Shown here: positions 28,852 through 38,538 of the stretch, piece by piece
Layout of the letters: each line of letters begins with the position of its first letter
Position numbering within the stretch: position 1 is the stretch's first letter
From: a virus
Lineage: Duplodnaviria; Caudoviricetes
Direction: 5' to 3' (one strand)
Length of the DNA: 49,197 nucleotides
IMG/VR virus record: IMGVR_UViG_3300021962_000170
Span: 1 to 49,197 of that record
Notes under the pieces: generated by a model
What the model was told of the DNA's origin: nothing
Databases searched by the model: none
The model's input: only the letters and a program-made list of their open reading frames with translations
Translations under genes and position numbers: made by a program

Positions 28852-29259
28852 ATGTTTAAGCTATATGCTATTCTTGCTATTGTAGGTATCGTTGCCACTG
28901 TTGGAACAGGTGCGTTTGTTTATGTGTCAAGTTTACAAGAACGTGTAGCAACCCTGCAAGCAAACAATGCTAAGCTCGAAGGTGCTGTTCGCACTCAACA
29001 AGAGACGATCAAGCGTGCTACAGAAGATGCTAAGCACTTCCAACAACTAAATACACAACTGTCAGCGGATCTAAAAGCAGCTGAGGCTGGTGTTGACCAA
29101 TTGAGATCAACGCTAGCAAACCATGATTTGACCAGACTAACCCTTGCTAAGCCTGGATTGATACAAACAAGGATTAATAATGCGACTAATGAATTGTTTA
29201 AACAGCTCAACGCTGACACAGCTATTGCTGCCCCTGTCGAGCCTGCTCCTGCTGAGTAA
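28852..29259 (+). CDS. inner-membrane spanin (Rz-like)
   Basis: N-terminal TM, coiled coil, LAKPGLIQTRIN; overlaps a lipoprotein gene. Confidence 0.75.
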   Translation: MFKLYAILAIVGIVATVGTGAFVYVSSLQERVATLQANNAKLEGAVRTQQETIKRATEDAKHFQQLNTQLSADLKAAEAGVDQLRSTLANHDLTRLTLAKPGLIQTRINNATNELFKQLNADTAIAAPVEPAPAE

Positions 29260-29596
29260 CTGTGGCTTGATGGCCAAACCTCCAGAACCAGAGGTAGTGG
29301 TTCAGACAGAGTACATCTCAAGAACAATCCCACTTCAAGCTCAACCTAAGCCTGTTCAGCTTGTTGATGTTAAGTGGTATGTTGTTACCGAGGAGAATCT
29401 TCCTCAATTCTTGGAACAGTTTAAGAAAGACAACGGCGCTGTAGCGTTTATGGCTGTCTCTGTCCAAGGATATGAAAATATTTCCATGAACGTCCAAGAG
29501 CTTCGTAGATACATCTTGCAACAGAAGTCCGTCATAGTGTATTATGAGAATGCTGCGCAAGAGCCTCCTAAGCCACCAGAAACAACCACAAAATAA
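29180..29596 (+). CDS. outer-membrane lipoprotein spanin (Rz1-like)
   Basis: AAGGA RBS, lipobox LLLSNC, Pro-rich linker, overlaps the i-spanin 3' end. Confidence 0.75.
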   Translation: MRLMNCLNSSTLTQLLLPLSSLLLLSNCGLMAKPPEPEVVVQTEYISRTIPLQAQPKPVQLVDVKWYVVTEENLPQFLEQFKKDNGAVAFMAVSVQGYENISMNVQELRRYILQQKSVIVYYENAAQEPPKPPETTTK

Positions 29597-29691
29597 ATAT
29601 ATTTTTATCCCAGTGCAACTCGCTGTTGTGCTGGTTGTGGATTTTCTATATACTAATCCAATAACGCTATCAATATAGGATCGTATCAATA

Positions 29692-30927
29692 ATGATTGAG
29701 TACGTAGTTAAGCGGGACGGTTCGACAGAGTCGTTTGCCCGAGAGAAAATTGTTGTCGCTGTTGAGAAAGCGATGAAATCTGTCAAGATCTCCAGTAAGA
29801 GCTTGCCAAATGAGATTGCAGATGAAGTGATCAAGCGTCTCGAAGGTGATCCTATTACAGAAGTAAACCAAATTCATAAGACCGTTGAAGATGTTATCAT
29901 GGACATGGGCATTCACAATCTTGCCCGTGAGTACATCGTCTATCGTGCAAAGAACATGCCAAACATCTTCCGTAAGCGTCATAACCTCAAGCCATACGAA
30001 TATCCGCAGTTGATCGAGTACCTTGAAGCGATCCGTCACTCGTACTGGATCCATACAGAGTTTAACTATTCTGGCGACATCCAAGATATGAAAGTTCGCT
30101 TGACTCCAGAAGAAGCTGACGTTGTTAAACGTGCAATGCTAGCTATCTCTCAGATCGAAGTGCAAGTAAAGACATTCTGGGCCAAGATTGGTGACAGAAT
30201 GCCAAAGCCAGAAGTGCAAGCTGTTGGTGTAACATTTGGTGAGTCTGAAGTCCGTCACGCTGATGCATACTCCAACTTGATTGAGATGCTTGGCCTGAAC
30301 AAAGAGTTCGAAGCGCTGGTAGAGGTTCCAGCTATCAAGAAGCGTATGGCTTATTTGGAACAGTCTATGGTAACTCCTATCGAAGACAAAGACTATTTCC
30401 ACAACATCATTCTGTTCTCGATGTTCGTAGAGAACGTCTCGTTGTTCTCTCAGTTCCTAATTATGATGGCATTCAACAAGCACCGCAATGTACTCAAGGG
30501 CATCTCAAATGCTGTTGAAGCTACTTCCAAGGAAGAGGATGTTCACGCTCGTTTTGGTTTTGAGCTTGTCAACATCATTAAAGCAGAGAACCCATCATGG
30601 TGGGACAAAGAAACTATCCAAACAATCAACTCACTTGCTAAGGATGCCTTCAAAGCTGAATCTGCAATTGTTGATTGGATCTATGGTAATATCGATCTAG
30701 ACTTCCTACCTAAAGAAACAGTTAAGGAATTCCTCAAGCATCGGTTCAACCAGTCGCTTAATGCTATTGATTTGAAGAGTATTTACGAAGTCGACCCTAA
30801 AGCAATCGTTGACACTGAATGGTTTATAGATGAAACTTTGAGCACAAAGAACGTTGACTTCTTCGTCAAGAGAAGCACAGCATATTCCAAAAAGACTAAA
30901 TCATTTACAGAAGACGATCTATTTTAA
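29692..30927 (+). CDS. nrdB: ribonucleotide reductase beta subunit with N-terminal ATP-cone
   Basis: VVKRDG...AREYIVYR ATP-cone; ISQIEVQVKTFW, ESEVRHADAY, ENVSLFSQF, KEEDVH; C-terminal DFF..RSTAY...DDLF. Confidence 0.92.
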   Translation: MIEYVVKRDGSTESFAREKIVVAVEKAMKSVKISSKSLPNEIADEVIKRLEGDPITEVNQIHKTVEDVIMDMGIHNLAREYIVYRAKNMPNIFRKRHNLKPYEYPQLIEYLEAIRHSYWIHTEFNYSGDIQDMKVRLTPEEADVVKRAMLAISQIEVQVKTFWAKIGDRMPKPEVQAVGVTFGESEVRHADAYSNLIEMLGLNKEFEALVEVPAIKKRMAYLEQSMVTPIEDKDYFHNIILFSMFVENVSLFSQFLIMMAFNKHRNVLKGISNAVEATSKEEDVHARFGFELVNIIKAENPSWWDKETIQTINSLAKDAFKAESAIVDWIYGNIDLDFLPKETVKEFLKHRFNQSLNAIDLKSIYEVDPKAIVDTEWFIDETLSTKNVDFFVKRSTAYSKKTKSFTEDDLF

Positions 30928-30937
30928 GGAGAAACGA

Positions 30938-32590
30938 ATGGCATTTGATTGGCTTAATGATCAATCACGCGCATTCCTCTCACGTGGCTATCTGTTAGAA
31001 GGACAGACAGCCGAGCAACGTGTAAGAGTTATTGCGGATACAGCAGAGAAGCATCTTGGTATCAAGGGCTTCGCTGACAAGTTCTACGACTACATGGGAC
31101 GAGGTTTCTATTCCCTCGCTTCGCCTATTTGGTCAAACTATGGCACCGACAGAGGACTTCCTGTCTCTTGCTTTGGATCGTATATTGACGATCATATGGA
31201 GTCTATCCTTCATGGCACCGCGGAAAACGGCATGCTAATGAAAACGGGGGGTGGCACATCAGGCTACTTCGGAGCCGTGCGTCCTAGAGGCGCTCCCATT
31301 CGCAATAACGGCGAATCTTCGGGCTCAGTACACTTCATGGAGCTGTTTGATAAGCTAGCTTCTGTAATCTCACAAGGCAATGTTCGTCGTGGGTTCTTTT
31401 CTCCTTACCTACCGATCGATCACAAAGATGCTGATGAGTTCCTTGATGTTGGCACAGAAGGTCACCCCATCCAAGGTCTGACAACTGGCATTACAGTATC
31501 TGACGCATTCTTGGAGCGTATGACTGCTGGTGATCCAGAGGCTCGTCGTTTGTGGGCTAAGGTTCTACAGAGACGTTCTGAGATTGGCTATCCATACATT
31601 CTATTCTCTGACAATGTTAACAACGGTAAGCCAGACGTCTACAAAGACCTCAAGATGACAATCTGGGCATCTAATATGTGCACAGAGATTGCATTGCCAT
31701 CGTCAGTAGATGAGACATTCACTTGTGTGTTGTCTTCATTGAATCTGGTTATGTGGGATGAGATTGAAAAGACAGATGCTATTCAAGTTCTGATTATGTT
31801 CCTTGACACTGTTGTCACCGAGTTTGTTCAGAAGACAGAAGGTATGAAGTACTTTGAACGTGCTCGCCGCTTTGCTGAACGTCACCGTGCTCTTGGAGCT
31901 GGTGTGCTTGGTTGGCATTCGTTCTTGCAGTCAAAGATGATTGCATTCGAGTCTGCAGAAGCAGCTAAGCTCAACTTGAAGATTGCCAAGACCATTCGTG
32001 AACAAGCTAATACAGCATCACAGTCTCTTGCTACGATGTTTGGTGAGCCTGAGCTGTTGAAGGGATATGGTCGTCGTAACACAACTCTTCTCGCTATTGC
32101 ACCAACTAAGTCCAGCAGCTACATTCTTGGTCAGGTTTCTCAGTCGATCGAGCCAGAGTTCTCTAACTGCTATGTTAAGGATCTTGCAAAGGCAAAAGTG
32201 ACAATCAAGAACCCATATTTGATTAAGTTGCTACAAGAGAAGGGTCAAGACACTCACGAAGTGTGGGACTCGATCAAGAACATGGACGGATCTGTTCAGC
32301 ATTTGAACATCTTGACTCAAGAAGAAAAAGATGTGTTCAAGACGTTTGCTGAGATCAATCCAGAAGCTATTATCACGCAAGCGAGTGTCCGTCAAACCTA
32401 TATAGACCAGGCGCAAAGTATCAATCTCATGCTTGATCCTGACACGCCAGTAAAGGAAATCAACGCTCTTTATTTACTTGCGTGGAAGATGGGCATCAAG
32501 AGTCTGTATTATAGCTTCTCAATGTCCAAAGCCCAGTCCCTTACACGTAAGCGCGTAATGAGTCAAGGTTGTGCAGCTTGCGAGGGTTAA
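30938..32590 (+). CDS. nrdA: ribonucleotide reductase alpha subunit (no ATP-cone)
   Basis: AAGGAG RBS; PVSCF, GGGTS, SNMCTEI, IAPTKSSS, DQAQSIN, KSLYY, C-terminal CAACEG. Confidence 0.93.
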   Translation: MAFDWLNDQSRAFLSRGYLLEGQTAEQRVRVIADTAEKHLGIKGFADKFYDYMGRGFYSLASPIWSNYGTDRGLPVSCFGSYIDDHMESILHGTAENGMLMKTGGGTSGYFGAVRPRGAPIRNNGESSGSVHFMELFDKLASVISQGNVRRGFFSPYLPIDHKDADEFLDVGTEGHPIQGLTTGITVSDAFLERMTAGDPEARRLWAKVLQRRSEIGYPYILFSDNVNNGKPDVYKDLKMTIWASNMCTEIALPSSVDETFTCVLSSLNLVMWDEIEKTDAIQVLIMFLDTVVTEFVQKTEGMKYFERARRFAERHRALGAGVLGWHSFLQSKMIAFESAEAAKLNLKIAKTIREQANTASQSLATMFGEPELLKGYGRRNTTLLAIAPTKSSSYILGQVSQSIEPEFSNCYVKDLAKAKVTIKNPYLIKLLQEKGQDTHEVWDSIKNMDGSVQHLNILTQEEKDVFKTFAEINPEAIITQASVRQTYIDQAQSINLMLDPDTPVKEINALYLLAWKMGIKSLYYSFSMSKAQSLTRKRVMSQGCAACEG

Positions 32591-32728
32591 ATGGAAGAAG
32601 AGTACTACTGTCTGTGTGATAACTGCGAAGTTGAAACGCAGGTTATGGTAATAGACGAAGAAGAAGTTCCAGTATATTGTCCAATGTGTGGATGTAATGT
32701 AGAATTTGAAGCATTAGCGGACGATTAA
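32591..32728 (+). CDS. small zinc-ribbon protein (45 aa, not in ORF track)
   Basis: CDNC...CPMCG, directly after nrdA. Confidence 0.7.
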   Translation: MEEEYYCLCDNCEVETQVMVIDEEEVPVYCPMCGCNVEFEALADD

Positions 32729-32739
32729 TTAACTTGACT

Positions 32740-32771
32740 AAATATCCCTGGAAACGGGGATATTTTTTTTT
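32740..32771 (+). terminator. intrinsic terminator
   Basis: aaatatccc-tggaaacg-gggatattt followed by a T-run. Confidence 0.8.
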
Positions 32772-33218
32772 ATGTGGAACATTACGTTTAATACCAAATG
32801 GGATTTTGATACATTAACTGTGCCATTTGATCCTGTCGAACACGACATTAGCAAGTATCACGGATTTGTCTATGTGATTATTGAGAAAGCTACCAGAAAG
32901 AAGTACATTGGAAAGAAGTTCTTTTGGAACAGTAAAATTCTTCCTGTAACAAAAACTCGTAAGCGCAGACAGAAAACGCTTGTCGAATCTGATTGGATGC
33001 AGTACTATGGATCTAGTGCTGAAGTGCAATCACTGGTAGAAGCCAATGGACAAGATGCTTACGAACGGATCATTCTGCGGTTATGTAAGTCTAAAGGTGA
33101 ATGCTCTTACTATGAAGCTAAGTTGCAGTTTGAACACGATGTGTTGCTTCGCGATGACTTTTTCAATGAGTTTATCGGCTGTAAGATCCATTCAAAACAC
33201 CTGAAAGGTTTGAAATGA
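32772..33218 (+). CDS. GIY-YIG endonuclease (T4 endonuclease II-like)
   Basis: GFVYVI...KYIGKK, ESDWMQYYGSS, YYEAKLQF, FNEFI. Confidence 0.85.
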   Translation: MWNITFNTKWDFDTLTVPFDPVEHDISKYHGFVYVIIEKATRKKYIGKKFFWNSKILPVTKTRKRRQKTLVESDWMQYYGSSAEVQSLVEANGQDAYERIILRLCKSKGECSYYEAKLQFEHDVLLRDDFFNEFIGCKIHSKHLKGLK

Positions 33219-34075
33219 TTCTAATTGATTATAATGCTATTGCTATTAGCAATATTGTGACACAAAAGCTGGCGTTGGATGAGAATCTAATCCGTCATAT
33301 GATCCTCAACTCCATCCGTATGTACCGCAAGAAGTACTTCCTCGAGTTTGGCGAAGTTGTTATCACAAGCGATGGTAGCAAGAACTGGCGCTATGAGGCT
33401 TTTCCTCAATACAAGTTCAAGCGCAAAGATGCTCGCAAAGAGTCGTCAATCGACTGGAAAGAGGTATTCCGTATTACCAACAAGGTGCTTGATGAGCTTC
33501 GTGAAAACTTTCCCTACAAAGTTGTTGTGCACGATAAGTGTGAAGCTGATGATGTAATTGCACAGTTGGTTGTCAACTCTCAAGTAGACTTTGGCCATCA
33601 AGAACAGGTAATGATTATATCGTCTGACAAAGACTTTGGTCAGTTGCAGAAATATTCTAACGTCCGTCAGTACTCTCCAATGTTGAAAAAAGAGATTGAG
33701 ATCCTCAATCCTCGTCGTCACCTGCTTGAGCTGATCCTTCGCGGCGATCAAGCTGATGGTATTCCCAACGTGCTGTCTGCTGATGACTCTTTCACTCAAG
33801 GGATTCGTCAGACTCCTCTTCGTGAAGCAAAGATCGAAGAGATTATGAAAGATCTCGACGATGGTGAGTTGCTGTATGCTGCTGTGTGGTATCGCAACTA
33901 TCTTCGTAATAAAAAGCTGATTGATCTTACAGAAACACCAGATGTCCTAAAACAAGAAATTATAAATAACTTTGATCAACAAGGTAATAAATCTGATAAC
34001 AAGAAAAAAGTACTCAGCTACTTAATTGCTAATGGATGTGTTAATCTAGTTGAAGTGATTGGAGACTTTATTTAA
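33215..34075 (+). CDS. rnh: T4-type RNase H / 5'-3' exonuclease
   Basis: ILIDY, WR..FPQYK..RK, EADDVIA, SSDKDFGQL, GDQADGIPN, RNKKLIDL. Confidence 0.9.
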   Translation: MILIDYNAIAISNIVTQKLALDENLIRHMILNSIRMYRKKYFLEFGEVVITSDGSKNWRYEAFPQYKFKRKDARKESSIDWKEVFRITNKVLDELRENFPYKVVVHDKCEADDVIAQLVVNSQVDFGHQEQVMIISSDKDFGQLQKYSNVRQYSPMLKKEIEILNPRRHLLELILRGDQADGIPNVLSADDSFTQGIRQTPLREAKIEEIMKDLDDGELLYAAVWYRNYLRNKKLIDLTETPDVLKQEIINNFDQQGNKSDNKKKVLSYLIANGCVNLVEVIGDFI

Positions 34076-34506
34076 TGGCTAACAACGTAACGAAATATAT
34101 TCACGAAGTGCTTGCACTTGTAGATAAAGCTGCTACTAAAAAAGAAAAGATTGAGATTCTTCAAAACAATGATTCGTTGGTTCTAAAGAACATCCTCATT
34201 GGGACATTTGATGAATCGCTCGAGTGGCTTCTTCCAGATACGCCCCCTCCATACGAAGCGTGTGATGCACATAACGCACCATCTTCCCTAAACAAACAAC
34301 TGGATAACTTTGCCTACTTTGTCAAAGGTGGCAAGGGTCCTGATATGTTAAAAGTTAAGCGTGAGATGATGTTCATCCGCATGCTTGAATCTATTCATCC
34401 CGAGGACGCTAAGATTGTCGTCGCGATGCTTGCGCGTAAGCTGCCAACCAAAGGTTTAACCAAAGCACTAGTAAAGGAGGCATTCCCTAAACTACTTCGT
34501 AACTAA
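34075..34506 (+). CDS. conserved T4-like hypothetical protein
   Basis: WLLPDTPPPY, KREMMFIRMLESIHPEDA, LVKEAFP. Confidence 0.75.
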   Translation: MANNVTKYIHEVLALVDKAATKKEKIEILQNNDSLVLKNILIGTFDESLEWLLPDTPPPYEACDAHNAPSSLNKQLDNFAYFVKGGKGPDMLKVKREMMFIRMLESIHPEDAKIVVAMLARKLPTKGLTKALVKEAFPKLLRN

Positions 34507-34529
34507 GTTTAACTACAACAGGAGATTGC

Positions 34530-34691
34530 ATGACTGCTCAGCTCGAACGATTAATAGAAGATTCTAATCAACTCCAAAACTATATAAGCAAAGTCCAGAA
34601 AAAGGGTCGAACAGATCTAGTACCAAAACTAAATCAAAAACTACATTTTTTAGACCAAACTATAGCTGAGTTTAGACAACAGTTGCAATAA
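34530..34691 (+). CDS. small coiled-coil protein (53 aa, not in ORF track)
   Basis: AGGAG RBS; MTAQLERLIEDSNQLQ...FRQQLQ*. Confidence 0.6.
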   Translation: MTAQLERLIEDSNQLQNYISKVQKKGRTDLVPKLNQKLHFLDQTIAEFRQQLQ

Positions 34692-34745
34692 GGAGATACG
34701 CGAGTCGGCTAGTTCCGGCTAGCCGACTACTCAAGGGAAAATATT

Positions 34746-34976
34746 ATGCCAACCTACACTATGAGAAATTTAGAAACTGATGAAGTACAAGAGATGATTA
34801 TGTCTCTTAGCGAACGGGAAAGTTTGCTTGCAACAGGCAAATTTAAACAGGAGCTAGCTACACCCAACTTTATTTCATACACGGGTGGAACTTTATCAAA
34901 AACCAGCGGCGATTGGCGAAATTTGATGACTAAGATCAAAAAAGAAGCTGGGCGTGGCAATACCGTAAAAGATTGA
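34746..34976 (+). CDS. FmdB-like small protein
   Basis: MPTYT...W..LMTKIKK pattern common upstream of phoH in T4-like phages. Confidence 0.6.
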   Translation: MPTYTMRNLETDEVQEMIMSLSERESLLATGKFKQELATPNFISYTGGTLSKTSGDWRNLMTKIKKEAGRGNTVKD

Positions 34977-34978
34977 TT

Positions 34979-35674
34979 ATGACAAAAAGAATTAAGGCAG
35001 CTCCGATTAACCCAACCGCGGAGTGGTTAGCAAACATCACACCAATCACTGCAACGCAGCAAAAGGTGTTTGATAGTTGGGACGATCAAAACAATTTGGT
35101 TCTAGCTGGTTCAGCAGGCACAGGTAAGACATTCATTGCCTTGTATCTTGCCCTACGTGACTTGTTGAAGTACGATTCGCTGTACAACCAAATTGTTGTC
35201 ATCCGATCTGTTGTTCCTACACGTGACATGGGCTTCTTGCCTGGAACACAGAAAGAAAAAGAAGAAGCGTATCAGTCACCATACAAAGCTATCTGCAATG
35301 AGCTATTTGGTGATGCTTCTGCTTATGCAAAGCTCGCTGGAACACAAAAGATACATTTTGAGTCAACTTCGTTCATTAGAGGGTTGACCTTTAACGATAG
35401 TATCCTTATAGTGGACGAGATGCAGAACTTGAACTTCCACGAGTTGGACTCTGTGATCACTCGTGTGGGTAAGAACTGCAAGATTATCTTCTGTGGTGAC
35501 TATCGCCAGTCAGACTTCAAGAAGGAAGATGAGAAGAGTGGCATTCTGACGTTCTTGTCAATCATTGAACGAATGAACAACTTTGAGATTGTTAACTTTG
35601 GTTGGGAAGACATTGTTCGATCTGGCCTTGTCAGGGATTATCTAATGACGAAAGAGATGCTAGGGATCGAATAA
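34979..35674 (+). CDS. phoH: PhoH family ATPase
   Basis: GSAGTGKT, RDMGFLPG, FIRGLTF, DEMQN, TRVG, GDYRQSD, DIVRSGLV. Confidence 0.93.
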   Translation: MTKRIKAAPINPTAEWLANITPITATQQKVFDSWDDQNNLVLAGSAGTGKTFIALYLALRDLLKYDSLYNQIVVIRSVVPTRDMGFLPGTQKEKEEAYQSPYKAICNELFGDASAYAKLAGTQKIHFESTSFIRGLTFNDSILIVDEMQNLNFHELDSVITRVGKNCKIIFCGDYRQSDFKKEDEKSGILTFLSIIERMNNFEIVNFGWEDIVRSGLVRDYLMTKEMLGIE

Positions 35675-35922
35675 TGGTTATCATTTATGGCACAGAATGG
35701 TGCAGCTATTGCATCAGAGCAAAGAAGCTAGTTGAGCAATATCAGCTTGACTTTGAGTTCAGAGATGTGGATAATCCAGAGATGAAGGCACAACTAAAAT
35801 CAATGTTGCCTGATCACAAAACTATTCCTCAGATATGGTGGCATGGAAACCATATTGGAGGCTATTCCGAGTTCGCTAACGAGCTCGAAAACACTCGCAG
35901 CTTTGGTCAAGATAAGTTCTGA
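35674..35922 (+). CDS. glutaredoxin
   Basis: WCSYC, TIPQI, HIGGY. Confidence 0.9.
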   Translation: MVIIYGTEWCSYCIRAKKLVEQYQLDFEFRDVDNPEMKAQLKSMLPDHKTIPQIWWHGNHIGGYSEFANELENTRSFGQDKF

Positions 35923-35941
35923 AAGGTGAAATAACTCTACG

Positions 35942-36130
35942 ATGGCTAAATTTGGTCGATTTGATCCTCGCAACAAGAAGCAGGGTCGGAACAAGCAAAA
36001 GTCTTTGTATAAAGACATCCGTATGCATGAGAATGACAAAGATCGAAAAATAAAAGGGACCACCTACACCCAAGTTATTGTTGATGACCTTGAACCAATT
36101 GAGGAAGATTATTATGATTTTGAAGAATGA
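35942..36130 (+). CDS. small hypothetical protein
   Basis: MAKFGRFDPRNKK basic N-terminus, acidic C-terminus. Confidence 0.6.
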   Translation: MAKFGRFDPRNKKQGRNKQKSLYKDIRMHENDKDRKIKGTTYTQVIVDDLEPIEEDYYDFEE

Positions 36131-36344
36131 TGTGTTTGAGCTGCTACAGCTTCGCTATGAGTGGGAAGAGATTGCTCGTACATTTAAACTTGGCGATAAA
36201 TCTGGACACCTAGATAATCTCAAGAGATTTGTACAGGCTGGCCATAAAGCCAATCGCTTTCGGGATGGATACGACCGCGCTGTGGAGATCGCTAACTTGA
36301 TTATTGCGAGGTGTCCAGATGAACGCGAAGAGACTACAGCCTGA
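36114..36344 (+). CDS. hypothetical protein
   Basis: GAGGA RBS, ATG 36114. Confidence 0.6.
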   Translation: MILKNDVFELLQLRYEWEEIARTFKLGDKSGHLDNLKRFVQAGHKANRFRDGYDRAVEIANLIIARCPDEREETTA

Positions 36345-36615
36345 TCTAAATGATGATGGGCTACTAACAGACTCAGAGCTCAGTCGATCAGAACGGTTGA
36401 CTGAGCTCGACATTAAGAACCAAAAAGCTGACGCACAGAAACAAATGGCATGGGTGGCAATGTTCTCCATGATTGTGTTTACTATTGCGTTGTTTAGCCC
36501 TATGCTGTCGGATAGTAGAGTATCAGCTCTTGCCGATTTGCTAGGGCTTTTTTACATTGCACAGGCTGGTGTAGTCGGTGCTTACTTTGGAATGACTGCA
36601 TGGATGAGTAAATGA
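36319..36615 (+). CDS. two-TM membrane protein (holin-like) with EF-hand-like loop
   Basis: DLNDDGLLTDSE; two TM helices; GVVGAYFG. Confidence 0.65.
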   Translation: MNAKRLQPDLNDDGLLTDSELSRSERLTELDIKNQKADAQKQMAWVAMFSMIVFTIALFSPMLSDSRVSALADLLGLFYIAQAGVVGAYFGMTAWMSK

Positions 36616-37388
36616 AGAGATTAATTTATCAAGTGTATGTTGGCAAGAAATCAGCATTGTATGATCACTGCACAGCATCTGTAAAAGAATACTGCAAGCG
36701 TCACAACATTGACTATGTTGTTCAGCGCACCCCTATTTTGTTTATCAAACCAGATCCGTTTATGACAGGTCGTAGCAAAGAAGCTACCGATCGTCTTGGA
36801 TATCTGCCAATCTTCGAGAAAGAGAATGCATTCACATATCTTAAAAGTTATGACCAGGTTGCGATTATTGATAGTGATATCTTTATTCGTCCTGACGCTC
36901 CCAATATTTTTGATGAAGTTGACGCAAATGCTGATTTCGCAGGTGCTGTAGAACGTGAGATGCCAATCACTCCTCACTACGCAAGCAAGATTGTAAACTA
37001 CTCTCGTATGCAGTATTCTTCTATTCGCAACGTCGATTGGAAGTGGAATGATCTTGGCGGTGAGTTTATTAACATGGGTGTGATGGTGATGAACAAGTCG
37101 ATTGAGAAGTATCTCAATGGAGAAACACCCAAGCAATTCTTGTCTCGCCCTCGGTTCAAACCTTTTGTTGATGGGCAAGGTAACTGGAAGTGGTCAACCG
37201 ACCAGACACTACTCAACACTTGGATTAAAGAGGAGAAGATGAATGTTCATCATCTTGATTGGCGATTTAATGGGCTGTATACTGCAAACACTAGAATCCG
37301 AGACTGTCACTTCGTCCACTTCTTCTTGAAAGATAAGCTGCCCAATCGTGGTGAGGATGTTGAACAATTGATGAAGGACATCCAATGA
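36612..37388 (+). CDS. GT-A glycosyltransferase (GT8-like)
   Basis: IIDSDI DxD motif, PNIFD, NMGVMV, DQTLLN, FVHF. Confidence 0.8.
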   Translation: MKRLIYQVYVGKKSALYDHCTASVKEYCKRHNIDYVVQRTPILFIKPDPFMTGRSKEATDRLGYLPIFEKENAFTYLKSYDQVAIIDSDIFIRPDAPNIFDEVDANADFAGAVEREMPITPHYASKIVNYSRMQYSSIRNVDWKWNDLGGEFINMGVMVMNKSIEKYLNGETPKQFLSRPRFKPFVDGQGNWKWSTDQTLLNTWIKEEKMNVHHLDWRFNGLYTANTRIRDCHFVHFFLKDKLPNRGEDVEQLMKDIQ

Positions 37389-38188
37389 AACATATTGCGT
37401 TAAGAGCTAGAAGTGTTCGCAACCCCAAGAATCCATTTACAGCAACCGGCCTTGGTGACAGAATCCATTCCGTTACCTTGGCTTGGTGTTATAGTAAAGT
37501 TCACAACACACCTGTGACAATCCACCTAACCAAGAGTAAACAGATTGGTGGGCAGTTTGACAACAAGAAGCAATCGTGGCAAGAAATCTTAGATCTGTTT
37601 CCAACTGGCCACGTTGATATTGGATATCATCCCTACGAACCGAAAGATGAGAAAGATTGGATCCGCCACCTAAAAGAGTATAACATTGATGCTGAGTTGT
37701 TTTGGTATGCTGATCATCCTGGTGCACACGAATCACCAGCCAAGTTAGACATCTCTCAATATCTGAAAAACATTCCCACCCTAAAAGCTGAGTCGGTTGA
37801 CATGCAACTACCTGAGAAGTTTGTTACGTGTCAGTGGGACTCTAGCGACAGAGCACGCACGTTAAAACCTCACCTGCGAGAGATGGTGATGGATAACTAC
37901 AAGCGACAAGGATATGAAGTGGTAACAGTTGGTGGCGAGTCACCAGACAAACACCTCAACTGGTCGTTGAAGCATATTGCATACGCTATGTCGAAAGCTG
38001 ATATGCATGTCGGAGTCGATTCTGCATTTATGCATATGGCCTTTCTGTATAAGCCATATAAAAAGATCCATCTATATAATGAGCCAAATGGGTTTTATTC
38101 ACACCATTTTCGTAGAGCACTCGATAATGATATCAAGCTCAACCAATACTACACCCCAGTTCGTTTAGCAGATGGAACCATATTATGA
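37385..38188 (+). CDS. GT-B glycosyltransferase (GT9-like)
   Basis: GLGDRI, HVGVDSAFMHMA. Confidence 0.7.
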   Translation: MKHIALRARSVRNPKNPFTATGLGDRIHSVTLAWCYSKVHNTPVTIHLTKSKQIGGQFDNKKQSWQEILDLFPTGHVDIGYHPYEPKDEKDWIRHLKEYNIDAELFWYADHPGAHESPAKLDISQYLKNIPTLKAESVDMQLPEKFVTCQWDSSDRARTLKPHLREMVMDNYKRQGYEVVTVGGESPDKHLNWSLKHIAYAMSKADMHVGVDSAFMHMAFLYKPYKKIHLYNEPNGFYSHHFRRALDNDIKLNQYYTPVRLADGTIL

Positions 38189-38538
38189 AACTTACAATAC
38201 CGATTAGTGTAGGCGATTTTATTGATCGACTGAGTATTCTACAGATTAAAAACAACAGAGCTCTACCTGTCTCAGATGAGCTTAATCAGTATGAAGAAAT
38301 AGCTTTAGCATTTGATAAAAAGTCTTTGAATTGCTACATTGAAATGTTCTTTGCTGTTAATTCTCAGCTATGGGAATTGGAAGACCAAAAGCGTAGCAAG
38401 TTGCTTGAAGTTGGTTCGGAAGAATATGTGGAAGTAGCTGAATTAATTACACACCTCAACGATCTAAGATTCCAAATCAAAAAGAGTGCTGATAAACATT
38501 TTAACAGCGAGATCTCGGAGAAGAAATCACATGAGTGA
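38185..38538 (+). CDS. DUF6165-like protein
   Basis: IPISVGDFIDRLSILQIK, VNSQLWELED, NDLRFQIK, EKKSH. Confidence 0.7.
   Translation: MKLTIPISVGDFIDRLSILQIKNNRALPVSDELNQYEEIALAFDKKSLNCYIEMFFAVNSQLWELEDQKRSKLLEVGSEEYVEVAELITHLNDLRFQIKKSADKHFNSEISEKKSHE

Noticed and set aside
29692-32590. Introns or inteins in nrdA/nrdB
   Set aside because: Both frames are continuous and of compact length.
34702-34730. Inverted repeat agtcggctag-ttccgg-ctagccgact
   Set aside because: No U-tract, so not called a terminator; function cannot be supported from sequence alone.
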